Under the pieces are notes generated by a model. That model saw only the letters and a program-made list of their open reading frames with translations, was not told where the DNA came from and searched no databases. A DNA stretch of 46,690 bases from Priapulus caudatus (Eukaryota), in NCBI RefSeq assembly GCF_000485595.1, contig NW_014577065.1, positions 49,696 to 96,385 on the forward strand. Direction: 5' to 3'. The position numbers were made by a program, and so were the translations under genes. Positions 35,557 to 46,690 of the stretch are shown here, piece after piece. Position 1 is the first letter of the stretch; each line of letters starts with the position of its first letter.

Positions 35557-36549
35557 GCGTCCGTGACACACGAGCGCGCCGGGGGTGGGGGGCATTCACC
35601 CCACATTATGATAGGTATATGTGCCACTGCTAAGTCAAAAATGAGGGGATCTGGAACTAATGTTTGTTGAATGTGGGATGCTCTGGAACTGGCTATGTTC
35701 AAAAATGTAAACTTGTGATGTTCTGGAACGAGATATTCTTAAAGATGCCATGCACTGGAACGGAAGTTTAGGGTGAAAAAGGGGGTCTCTCCCGCGGCAC
35801 ATACCTACCATGCAATATATATGGAGTGCCCCCCTGGCGCGCGCGCACCTGTCTGTCTGTCTAACTGCATACACGCACAATTCAAACAGTGTCAAGAAAT
35901 GTTTTAATGAAACCTCGTAGATGCAATTTTCTATGTAGCTGACATGAATTTGTTCGAAGAAATCACGCCTATTTTTGATGGCACACACAACATCGAGTGG
36001 TTTTACTCATTTATTACTTTTCTTGTGTTTTACATTCAGTGCCTACTGAATGTGAAGTGATTGGCTTAGACTTAGACAAGACATGCCATAATATTAGACG
36101 GCTAAAAATAGGGAGGCGCGCGCCGGCTGCCCTCTTTCTTAAATACACACAAGGCGGTACTTGAACCCTAGACCTCTCTCAACCTGCTCAATATTTACTT
36201 ATCTCGTGCCAGATATTAGAAAACGAAAAAGCCACAAGAGAGATGGGGGATAATAGAAAATGCGTGATATAGCACGCACGCACATAGAGACAGAGAGGGG
36301 GAGGGGGAGGGAGGGGAGAGAAATAAAGATAGATAGAGGTCAGAGGCGCCGGAAGTGGGGGGGGGGCGGCCGCCCCTCCAATCCAAAAAGTGGGGGGGGG
36401 GCAAAACCAAAAATACCCTCCCCCCACAAAAGAAGAGTGGGAAAGAAAAAATTAAATGTATGAGCTAAGCCTTGTTAATTCTAACGTTCAAAAACTAATT
36501 TATACATCCATTATAAGTTTTCGCTGCGCGCTTTGCGTGATTAACGCGC

Positions 36550-37011
36550 ATGTAGCACATACGCGCTCACGCACCCACGTCGTATACACGCGCTCACGCA
36601 CACACGACACACACACGCGCTCACGCACACACGCGTTCACGCACACACGCCACACACATGCGCTCACGCACACACGCGCTCACGCACACACGTCGCACAT
36701 ACGCGCTCACGCACCCACGTCGCACACACGCGCTCACGCACACACGCCGCACACACACGTCACACACACGCGCTCACGCACACACGCGCTCACGCACACA
36801 CGTCGCACATACGCGCTCACGCACCCACGTCGCACACACGCGCTCACGCACACACGCCGCACACACGGCCANNNNNNNNNNNNNNNNNNNNNNNNNNNNN
36901 NNNNNNNNNNNNNNNNNNNNNNNNNNNNNNNNNNNNNNNNNNNNNNNNNNNNNNNNNNNNNNNNNNNNNNNNNNNNNNNNNNNNNNNNNNNNNNNNNAGA
37001 GAGAGAGAGAG
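36550..37011 (+). repeat. CA-rich minisatellite (CGCGCTCACGCACACACG-like), gap 36872-36997, then (GA)n
   Basis: Directly visible. Confidence 0.9.
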
Positions 37012-37508
37012 AATACTTTTCAAGTAAAAGTAATTTACATGACACACGATTTGATGTTATTTAGAATCACATAAGCCAATGAGAGCACTAAAGATTTTTG
37101 CTGATCTGTAGACACGTTTACCTAATATGACAGCGTGTAAAATGTAAATTTACGTTTATGTTATCTCGATGCTGAATAGGTGTGTGGCGGATGGAGATTC
37201 AGCATTGGCAAACTTAGATATATGTAGAAAGTCCGATTGAGGTTGCTACAGGTTGGAATTTTATTCTGTAGGACACAATATACAAACACACACAGTACAT
37301 CAGGTACAATATGATACAAAACAATAAATAGTAAATACTATACATAAATAGTATAGCTAATACGGATACTAATACGTTCTAAAATATATACATCGTTACA
37401 TGTACAGACTTGCACCTAGGGCATAATGCCTGCTGCCCTTTCTGTCCAAGACGAATCCTCTGACAAAAATCTTACTAGTCAAATCCACTACGGTTTCTTC
37501 CTCTAGAC

Positions 37509-37675
37509 CAGTGGCCCAACGTTGGTGGTACCGCTCCCGTAGGGGCTGCGGGATTACCAGAGGCCAATTTGCTCTTACAAGAGGCAATAATTTGCAAGTG
37601 CATAAATAAGGTAGGGGGCATTGCATATGAGTTTATATAGCCAATGTGTGGCCTGAAAAATTTAGGGAACCACTG
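37509..37675. mobile_element. hAT-Charlie-type MITE
   Basis: CTCTAGAC|CAGTGG...CCACTG|GTCTAGAC; the NTCTAGAN target consensus is typical of Charlie elements. Confidence 0.75.
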
Positions 37676-37860
37676 GTCTAGACCTTAGGAGAATTGACGA
37701 ATATCCAATATCATGAATTTATGTATGTGTAGCATATATATTGTCATTCCAATACCATGTTATTAGCTGACCAAATGGTAGCGTTGGTCAAGCTTAATAT
37801 TATAAAAGACCTTACCTTAATGGCATATGGCATACATATTCATGCTCGCTCTCTCACATG

Positions 37861-37891
<31 letters not shown>

Positions 37892-38710
37892 GCACACATG
37901 CACGCACGCATGCACACACATAGAAATAACAATAATGGTAATGCTACACGCCACACTGTGTAAGCCTATATTATCTAATAATTATTCTAATCTATCTGTA
38001 ATTAAACTTATTAGTGCACATGATAGAATGTAAGTACTACAGTTACACTCAATTTCTCAACTGCTGTACATATAGTTATTGAGTGTCCATGGCCCAATCA
38101 AGCCAAAAAGTAGAAAAGCATCCCTCAATCACTGCCTCTTCACATTAACCTGCTATTATTGGCATGTCATTTCTTTCCGTCTCAATATCCAGTTTGGTTT
38201 GAAGTTAGCCAGTCAACCATCGTAGAGTTCACTGCCGATTCATCAATCTCCCTGATATTTATAATAACAAATATAAGCATTAAAAGTAGTACTGTTTCTC
38301 AATTATAAGTTAAGTGGTTTTCGTCTGAATTGGTTGAGTAAATTAAGTATCCAGCCAGTTATTTAATGAGTGCTGGTGATCAGAAACAATTTATCAACAA
38401 TCCTAAGGACTCTGTGAAAATCCCCTGCTAAAAAATTTCGTGTTTATGCCACAGCTTCTATTTTATGACCATTAATACACCTAACTAAACAGCATGCTGA
38501 AGTGGTTTACCTGAATAAAGGAAACAGCAAGAAATTGATTAAAAACTGCTGATCATCAAAACGATGTCATATTGAGGCAGCACCAATAGAAATGGTAGAA
38601 ACTTTGTGCAAAACGAAGCTGCGTGATTTCAGTGCCCTTGGGCGAGATATAAATATATCAGGAGTAAATAACAGGGAGAAAATATCACGGCAGTAGTACT
38701 GCACAATGTC

Positions 38711-38854
38711 TTACTGAGAAAGTGCAGAGGTGAGACCGAGCTTGAGGATGTACAAAGCTAATCCGATAACGATGCAGGCGGTGATAGTGTTACGAGTGAT
38801 CCTAGAAGCCTTCCATGCCTCTTCATAGCGATGTTGACTGTTCAGACTTCTGAC
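38711..38854 (-). CDS. CD225/dispanin (PRRT1-like) protein, last coding exon
   Basis: ttccag|VRSLNSQHRYEEAWKASRITRNTITACIVIGLALYILKLGLTSALSQ*; second half of a CD225 domain. Confidence 0.88.
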   Translation of the reverse strand, partial: VRSLNSQHRYEEAWKASRITRNTITACIVIGLALYILKLGLTSALSQ

Positions 38855-38905
38855 CTGGAAATTACACAGAAAAACGTTAATGGATACCTTTAAGATATGT
38901 TATAT

Positions 38906-38936
<31 letters not shown>

Positions 38937-38939
38937 TAT

Positions 38940-38977
38940 CAAGAGTACATAATAGAGATCTCTATTATGTACTCTTG
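38940..38977. mobile_element. Tiny CAAGAG perfect hairpin
   Basis: CAAGAGTACATAATAGAGATCTCTATTATGTACTCTTG; TSD imperfect (ATATTAT/ATATGTT). Confidence 0.65.
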
Positions 38978-39543
38978 ATATGTTATATAAAGGTTATTTA
39001 CAATTAAACCAAATTTCAATTATGGAACATATAAAGGTTTATATTGTAACGTTCACTAGAGATAATTACAAATATTAATTTTTTATAAACATTCAACTAT
39101 TGTTTGTTTACATCATCTGTCATGCTGCTACCCCTCTCGGTAATGAGCTCTGAGCTATAAAGCTCATTTTCACCACTTTTAGATTGACCGGAGCTACTCT
39201 AAAATATTGCAATCTTTTTCAAGTTAAATAATGAAATAAGAACCACTGCCAGTCTGTTAAAGTACAGGCGCGCACGCAACAACTTACTTGATTATCTCAA
39301 CTTGACACTATGAGAGGCAGGACAAGTAGTTTCATAATGTAAACACTATTTTTGATAGTTTTCAATCATTAAAAGCAATTATTTCCAGAGAATATTGAAC
39401 CACAGTATTTGCATGTGGTGTAATTTAAACATGATTCAACTGTGAATAAATCATTAAAATGCTTTACCGCTATAAAGTAAAGACTTCTAAATAAGAGTCT
39501 TAGTGTCTAAAGCCATTTGAGGATAGTGCTGATTGCTACTTAC

Positions 39544-39705
39544 ACGCAAGGAATAAATTATTGCAATGATTCCACAAGGCCAGAAGCAACAGAGGCAGGC
39601 AAAGACGGATTTGCACAGATAGTCTGGTGGATTTGCATCTACACGCTCCACAACAACTCCTGAACTGCTTGGAATCTGGCGCTGACTCACTACTGGAGGT
39701 AACTG
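39544..39705 (-). CDS. CD225/dispanin (PRRT1-like) protein, exon carrying the CD225 core
   Basis: (Q)LPPVVSQRQIPSSSGVVVERVDANPPDYLCKSVFACLCCFWPCGIIAIIYSLR|gtaagt; P.DY...CCFWP.GI.AI is the dispanin signature. Confidence 0.92.
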
Positions 39706-40202
39706 CTATAACACCAATAACACACAAATGTCAGCATCTTTATTGCACGTTTCAATATACATCACCAAATAACTCTTCTTATGTTTATGTACTTTCACAC
39801 TTAATTGATATGAGAAATATAGCAATTTTCTCAACACCCACTAGTTATTTTATGCTGGGTATTTTGCATGCCTGTGCTCTATGTAATATTCCCCTCAGTA
39901 ACTTCCACTGTTGCCTCTCACAGGAATTACTGTGAGATCTTTAAATGCAACACGATCTCAATGATTGATAATAAAGCTAATTCTAGATGTTATTGTATCA
40001 ATTCAGTGAAAAGGTTAATGCATGTAGTTTAAGATGGCTAATTGACAATTCCCTATGTCATGTCAAAACAGAAATACATTTAAGATGGCAAGAACTCAAT
40101 ACAAATTGAATTTGCATACTAAGTCCTTCATTGGCTTATAACACAATTCACTGAAGCCAATAACGCATTTACTGAATTGTACTTGTAGAGGTAAAGCCTC
40201 AC

Positions 40203-40612
40203 CACGTATGATGCATCGCCTCCTATTTGAGGTGGGTACTGCCCACTGGATGGCATACCTCTGCCATTTGCATACTTCATACCACCAAACATGTAGTGTG
40301 AATAAGGTCCACCTTCACCAGGTCGTACTGGGTAACCTGCTGGGGAAACACTTCCCAGAGGATCACATACTAATGAGTTACTGCAAGCTCCTACAGGTTG
40401 GCCATTGGTTGGGTACACCTGACCGGCTGGCTGTGGTCTATATATATGACCTTCCACATTATGATCCATAAGTGCCACTGTCTCGTAAGATGGTGGCAAT
40501 TCACCCCCTGTGTGTCTGGTCCCAGCGAGTGGGTATCCCTGCTGGCCCATTGCTTCATCATATGAAGGTGGTGCTGGTGACTCCATTGGTGCTGAAGGTG
40601 GTGATTGCACGT
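40203..40612 (-). CDS. CD225/dispanin (PRRT1-like) protein, proline-rich N-terminal exon (first in-frame ATG at 40586)
   Basis: ttttcag|...MESPAPPSYDEAMGQQGYP...ELPPSYETV...GGDASYV|gtgagg; phase 0 joins the next exon. Confidence 0.85.
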
Positions 40613-41714
40613 CTGAAAATGTGTAATAGTTTATTGAATTTCTGCCAAGTTAAAAAAAACAGTTGAAATCATGGTGTACATGTGGTTAACACATTACTGA
40701 GTAAAAAATATAATTAATTAGCAGGGTGCCACAGGGGTTCACATTTCAAATAACTTCTACTAACCTAAAGGAATATATAGCTTGGAAAAACAACTAATCA
40801 CCAATACTGACACTCATATCTCAAAATTTACTAACTTAATATAAAAATTGAGACATTTTTTTATCATTAAACTTGGATTTAAACTTTGCTATCTCCATGA
40901 ACAGAGATAATTATATGGGGTGACCTAGATAAGGGTGGATTGAGGAAATCTTAATTCAAAGTTTGCTGCAGTTAATCACAAGATGTCAGTTTCATATTGA
41001 CATGGATCACCTCCTTAATCCTAATATCCCTTACATTGATTGATTGCACAGTGATTCGTGATTACCATGTAGGCATTGCGACCTGCTCAAAAACTTGGCC
41101 AATTAGGCCTACATGCAACAAATGGCTAAAAAGTGAATGAAGCCATGTATGTGGTATTTGATACGCACGCACGCACACGCCCACGTACATATACAGGGTT
41201 CTCCTTAGGAAATTCAGAAGGCACATGTCATTTATCAGATACAATAATGTTACTCAACACAACTGTAAGGTATGCAACCTACAGGGGCGGCGCGTACGGG
41301 GGGGCCGGAGGGGCCCGGGCCCCCCCACTTTTTTTGGCAGAAAATATATGTCTATATGTATTTTGTATGATCGGAAAGAAATGCAAGAAAAGAAAGAGGG
41401 AATAAGGAGGAGAGGGTAAGAGCGAAAGAGAGTGTTATCCACATTTTCATCTGCCTACTGGAAAATTACAAAGTTTGACGAAGTCCCTCTAGCCTTACTC
41501 TATAGCAAACAGACATGCACAGCGCCGTATTTGCCCTAATACCGTGCGGACTTCAGGGCCTGATCCTGTGCTTCGGAGGCTCGATCGAGGGTCGAATATC
41601 AGGAACCGTACTTGCATATGCACACACTGTACTTATACTGCACTACGCACGCGTACGCACAGCTTAAGTACGCGCAGCACGCAGAGCCTAACGCACGCTG
41701 ATAACGCAGAGCGC

Positions 41715-41777
41715 GGTATACCGGACCGTACCCAGGGTACGTTCCGGCAGTAACTTGGGTGACATAGACCCTATGAG
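41715..41777. mobile_element. Solo terminus of the AGGGTCTATG MITE family
   Basis: CCAGGGTACGTTCCGGCAGTAAC..GACATAGACCCTATGAG, matching 18824-18890 in reverse complement. Confidence 0.65.
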
Positions 41778-44753
41778 CGTTAGTTTTATGTATATATTTT
41801 ATATAGTTCCTTTTATTCTTTTAGTTTAGTTTGCACTTTAGTTCTTAAGTCTTTTTAATTAATAAATAGTTGATGTATCTTTATGTAAATATCCTAGCAG
41901 CTTGGGTTTTTAAAGGCAAAACTGTTGTCAGCAACATGAAAATAAACTAAAGATAAAAGCCAGATGAGACGGGATACTAGAGAAGCGTTCCGAAAGGAGT
42001 GTTTGATCCCAAGCGCTATAAGCGCAGATCTTGCGCGCAATTCCGCCGGCAAGGCGCACGCGACCCGGGAACGTCCTACGACAGTATGCAGCGCTCGCAG
42101 CTATGGATCCGTGCGCCGAATGAATTGGCGGCGCACGGATCCATAGCTGCCACGAACAGTCCGCAATTTTAGTGGGGGACACAGAGGGTAGACATTTGGG
42201 ACGTGAACAGTGTTGACTTGTTATAAAAACATAATTTCTCTCTTCGTAACCGAGCTGTGTGACGCAAAATCACAGAAAGACTGACGAAATTCTCGCGTTC
42301 GCGAACCTTGCCCAGTAATGGAAATGGCTGCAAGGACAAAGGCTATATAGACTGGGACTCGCTCCCACCTCGATTACCCATCGAGTGACTAAGCTAAGCC
42401 GAGAACACGTAGCAATACATGCATAAACGCGCACAAACACATACATCGCAATACATCGTATTATATGTTAGGACTCTAGGCTATAGGCAGTAAAAATAAC
42501 CTGTATATAAATAGAATTGGAACACTCAGCCTCAGGGTTTATTCATTTCTGTATTACATGAGCCCTTATGAATTAGTTGTAATAGTGGGTTAATTTACGG
42601 TCCAGTACACTCTAGTTACTAGCCTTAGCTATATCAGTCTATGGATCAGTATACAGCAAGTGCCGTACACTACAACTACTTGCAAGTACAACTTCCCGTC
42701 ACTATGATATTGATAGTAATGTAAATAGCCCGACAAGACTGTACATATCAGTGTATGACTGCAAGTCTGCACTGCAAGATCAAGGCTGCACTGCAAGATC
42801 ATAGATTCGACTAGCTCCAAGAAACGGTATTGCTAGGGTTAGAATACTAGGGTGTATTGACGTTGTGTTGGTGTAGGGAGCTATGGATGGAGCTGGCAGC
42901 TGGTATATATAGGGGTTGCACCGTCAAGGTAAGTGCGAGCAGGCGAGTTCCAAGTTTTTCTGCGAAGTTTTTCTGCACAAGAGCAATCAGGGCCCCCCTC
43001 GACCGCAGGGGTAGACGAAGTTTTTGCTATAAGCAGCACGCTGGGACGATGTAATATATTGCAAAAATGCTGTACGTACGCTCTCCAACGATTTCAAAAC
43101 AAATACTCATCCAACAGCTTCGAGATTTTGTTTCTATTTGAAGAACAGTGTGACTAACTTGACTTCTTATGAAAACATAATGTCTCTGTTCGTAAGAGAA
43201 CTGTGTCACGCGAAATCACACAGAGACTGACCAAATTCTCGCCACGACGCCACGCCACGCGCGCTGACGCCACGAAGGCGGAGCTTTTCCAGAATCCAGA
43301 TAACATCGTGATAATCATAATGGAAAACATCAGAACATCACATTGGTGCGTTAAGATGGATACGGGAAGTCGGAAGCGAAATGCGATTGAAGGCTAGACG
43401 GCTACCGACCTCACTCAGCCAACTATCGTTGGTACACTGAAGTGAGTTACGCTAGCGTGTCGAACTGTGCACCCGCGGCAGTCTAGGTCATCGAGCCGAG
43501 CGGTTTTTAAAAAAAAAACTTGAAAATGGTACGTAGATGGACTCGTTGCGCCATCTATGGGTCGCATACACTTCCAAATTAATGTCAGGGCATGAACCAG
43601 CGAGAAAGGGGAAATTATTTTTCTACACGAAAGACGCGCGCCGAGCCACACACCAACAAAAACGAGCATTTGGATTTATTCTCCGCCCTACGTGCAAAGT
43701 CGAAAGGCTTCTGCAATCGCCACAACTCCTCAATTGACCGATTATGCGGCTTTCTGTAGTACCCAGAGGGCCCAGGTATGTTTCTAAATAGAGGCAGCGA
43801 ATTCGATCAAAAGGCGCTGTTCGCGCTTCGCGCGCGTATATCCGGCTGCAGGATCGTCTAGTCGAGTGATGTTATAGTGTTTAAATATCATTCAGCAATG
43901 TTATTTTTTGACTATTACCAGGTTGGAAAAAATGGAAATTTATGTACGCCCTGAAAAGATTTACTATTTCATATTCTTTATTTCTATTACATGTATCATA
44001 TTGATGCGCAAATTATATACTTCATATAGTTGACATGTACATAGACATTGACTGAAAGATGTTATTTCCGTTTTTCTTCCATTTAAAAATTTGAAATTTT
44101 CACCTTCGATGTGCACCAGATCGCTCCAGATAAGTCCAGATACAGATACATCAATGCTTGAGAGCACATAATGACTGTATTGGGATTGTCAACAGGGCCG
44201 TAGGTTGAGCAAATTCCTAGAGGGCCAAATTCCTGACTCACTGTGTAATGATGAGCGATGGCGCAGCTCATGACTGAAGTCCATAATGGGGTGGTCTGAG
44301 ACAGGCTTTCCCCCCGATAAGTGACCAAAAAAATCACGTTAGAGTAATTTACGATTATTAGCTAAGCTTATTTTTTAATTTTGCTCCACAATCTAGAGGG
44401 GGGCGGCTGCCCCCATTGCCCGCCACTCAGGCTACGGCCCTGGTCAAATGCAAACATAGCTGGAAATTAAGGCAAATAAGGAATATTGGAAGATTTATAA
44501 GATGACACAAATTAGCATCAACCTTGAAGGCATGTCAGACCATACATGCGTTATAACTTATAAGGCCTGGGAAGAATATAGTAGAAATCCAAAAATCCGG
44601 ACTTTTCGAAAACTTTCAAATTTAAATTCTATGTTTAATAAACTAAAACTAAATAATTAATTTGTATAAAATAACTTTCACTTTCATTTGATTAGTGTAT
44701 TTTTCTTTTACAATGTTCTTTTATATGATATCAAGAATTTACACACTCTTTTT

Positions 44754-45178
44754 CAGGGTTCTTGTTAACTTTTGACAAAGCAGGTAATTTGACAATGAAT
44801 AGCAGGTACTGTTTTTCCGGCACGGACGGTAGGGCGAACGGCGAAGGCGCGAAGCCCTGCTAGGGGGGTCGGGGCATGCACCCCCGGGAAAAAATTTCTG
44901 ATTTGACCACAATAGCCTATTTTGATGGTTGGGTTCTAGATTTGGTAGTTTAGATAGGAAAATATATATGCTATTAAGTATCTATTATAAAAAGAAAACC
45001 CGCCCGTGCACAGAGTTAGTCTTGGTTGGAAGTATTTAAAATAAACTTCGTTTTTTCAAATATGGATTAAATATTTTAACCGCCTTTAGTGGGAGATTTC
45101 TCATCAAATTGATAGCCGGTAACAAATTGCGCGATAGGCGTAAAAATAACCGGTTACCGGCTATTAACAAGAACCCTG
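44754..45178. mobile_element. hAT-like MITE
   Basis: CAGGGTTCTTGTTAA...TTAACAAGAACCCTG, 15-bp TIR; flanks CTCTTTTT/CTTTTTAT (6/8). Confidence 0.75.
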
Positions 45179-45696
45179 CTTTTTATTGTAGTGAAACATT
45201 TTTGTTTACATTTTTGTCAAGTGTTGATTTTATTTTACTTTAAAACTGCTCGTTTTAATAAATGAAGCATGTTGTATATATACTAATGAATAAACTATCA
45301 AAATTTACCTTATCAACTCTTCTTTATTCCTCCCTAAATGTGAATTTTGAAAGTGTTGCCCGAGAATCCGGAAAATCCAAAAATCTGGACCGACCCAATC
45401 CCCGAGCAGTCCGGACTTTTGGACTTCTACTGTATATATATATATATATAATAGCTGATAATAGTAGAAGTCCAAAAATCCAGCTATCGGACTGTATATA
45501 TATATATATATATATTAATAAAACTAAAATACCAATAGTGGCATTAGGTGAGGTGGATTTATATATCAGGCAGCGGAGGTAAAGGAAAAGGGTTCGAGTT
45601 GCCTCATGAGGTTTACTGGCCACAAGATGCCTCGTCTGCGGATTGTTATATGAATAGACAATCTACATGTGACTCAGAAATTAAGATGGTGACATT

Positions 45697-45876
45697 CACA
45701 GGCACTTGAAGCATTTCAATAAAATATATATGCAGGGGTCGTGTGCTGTGCACGGCGACAGTTAAATATATAGTCTAATATTTATATAATATATAGTCTA
45801 TATATTTAACTGTCGCCGTGCACAGCACACGACCCCTGCGTATATATATTTTATTGAAACGCTTCAAGTGCCTGTG
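45697..45876. mobile_element. Palindromic MITE, ~80-bp arms, 8-bp TSD
   Basis: GTGACATT|CACAGGCACTTGAAGC...GCTTCAAGTGCCTGTG|GTGACATC. Confidence 0.8.
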
Positions 45877-46603
45877 GTGACATCTTCGCTGGTATGTGTT
45901 CATGTGAGACTTACACTCACTTTCAGGATCTTCATTTTCGTGAAGCGTATAAAATGATATATTAATTATTATTAAATTATGCACCACTATCGTATAGTAA
46001 TATAGTACGATATTTAGTAATAGTATAACTATAACTTCAGAAAAGATCATCTAGATTACCTTGAGTAACTTACCGTTACTACGATCCGCCATGACGATCT
46101 TTCTAATACTACTTAGTACTAGGACTAGTACTCCTAGTCAATGGTAAAATCCTCCGTAATAAATTAATAACACATCATGATGACGATGATGATCATGTCT
46201 TGTCACTGCACTGGCATTAGGACATGATGATGATGATTTGATGAGTCCTCAGCTCAGTCAGTGCATCAACATGCCGATCCAGTTTTTAAGCCAATCGGCC
46301 ATGATAACGTATACAGTTGATATATATACATATATACACACATGTGCAACTATAGGACTACCATTATATTGGCATCGGAATTCTGTATCATACCATATAC
46401 TATCAATCTCTGTTTGTATTACGGCTTCAGCTTCTTTTCCATCTTCCTAACCGACGACGGTGCTTAGGTCAGGCATAGACGTGCTATATAATTCATTCGT
46501 TGGCCCTGTGGCGCTACCGAAGCGACGTGTATAGTCAGTCTACATCTGGCAGTAAATGCAATGAGACGTTCGCAACACATGAGCATCATTTTCGGGTTGT
46601 AAT

Positions 46604-46690
46604 CACTGATCTCTATAATAGAGTCCCTTTATACAGAGGAAGGAGTCCCTCAATATAAAGGAACACTACTCTATAATATAGAGATCAGTG
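46604..46690. mobile_element. Small hairpin MITE at the window edge
   Basis: CACTGATCTCTATA...TATAGAGATCAGTG. Confidence 0.6.

Noticed and set aside
35177..35702. ORFs with RTDG/HT repeats
   Set aside because: Microsatellite translations.
41066..41082. Upstream coding micro-exon (ATG CCT ACA TG) for the dispanin gene
   Set aside because: Splicing to 40612 creates TGA in that frame; at most a 5' UTR exon, and unsupported.
41282..44442. Single 3-kb hAT element between CAGGGGCG and CGGCCCTG
   Set aside because: The flanking 8-mers (GCAACCTA vs GTCAAATG) do not match; probably ends of separate elements.
45585..45605. tRNA/SINE B-box (GGTTCGAGT)
   Set aside because: No A-box or cloverleaf in the flanks.

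Overview
Metazoan genomic DNA, intron-rich and dense in non-autonomous DNA transposons; the repeat types suggest a lophotrochozoan invertebrate (inference only). It comes from a draft assembly with four N gaps and stretches of indel-rich, long-read-like sequence. Three spliced genes can be read. (1) The last four coding exons of golgin-84/GOLGA5 (+, 718-2525). (2) An SLC18B1-like MFS vesicular polyamine transporter (+, 12 clear coding exons 21010-33112, a probable upstream coding exon at 18695-18775 and a possible promoter/first exon near 9850-9945). (3) A convergent CD225/dispanin (PRRT1-like) gene (-, 40612-38711). The largest structure is a ~6.2 kb inverted duplication: 10847-~17070 mirrors ~18095-24062 and pivots on the long TIRs of a PIF/Harbinger-type MITE. 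The MITE's two ends (10745 and 18373) share a TTA target-site duplication, so the left arm is most likely a gap-filling mis-join rather than a real palindrome. Also present are a ~540-bp internally dimeric satellite, Harbinger/hAT/MULE/Helentron-like MITEs, a family of tiny CAAGAG hairpin elements with 7-bp TSDs, and a probable decayed Penelope-type hammerhead ribozyme. I found no convincing new biological system, and most ORF-track entries are spurious.
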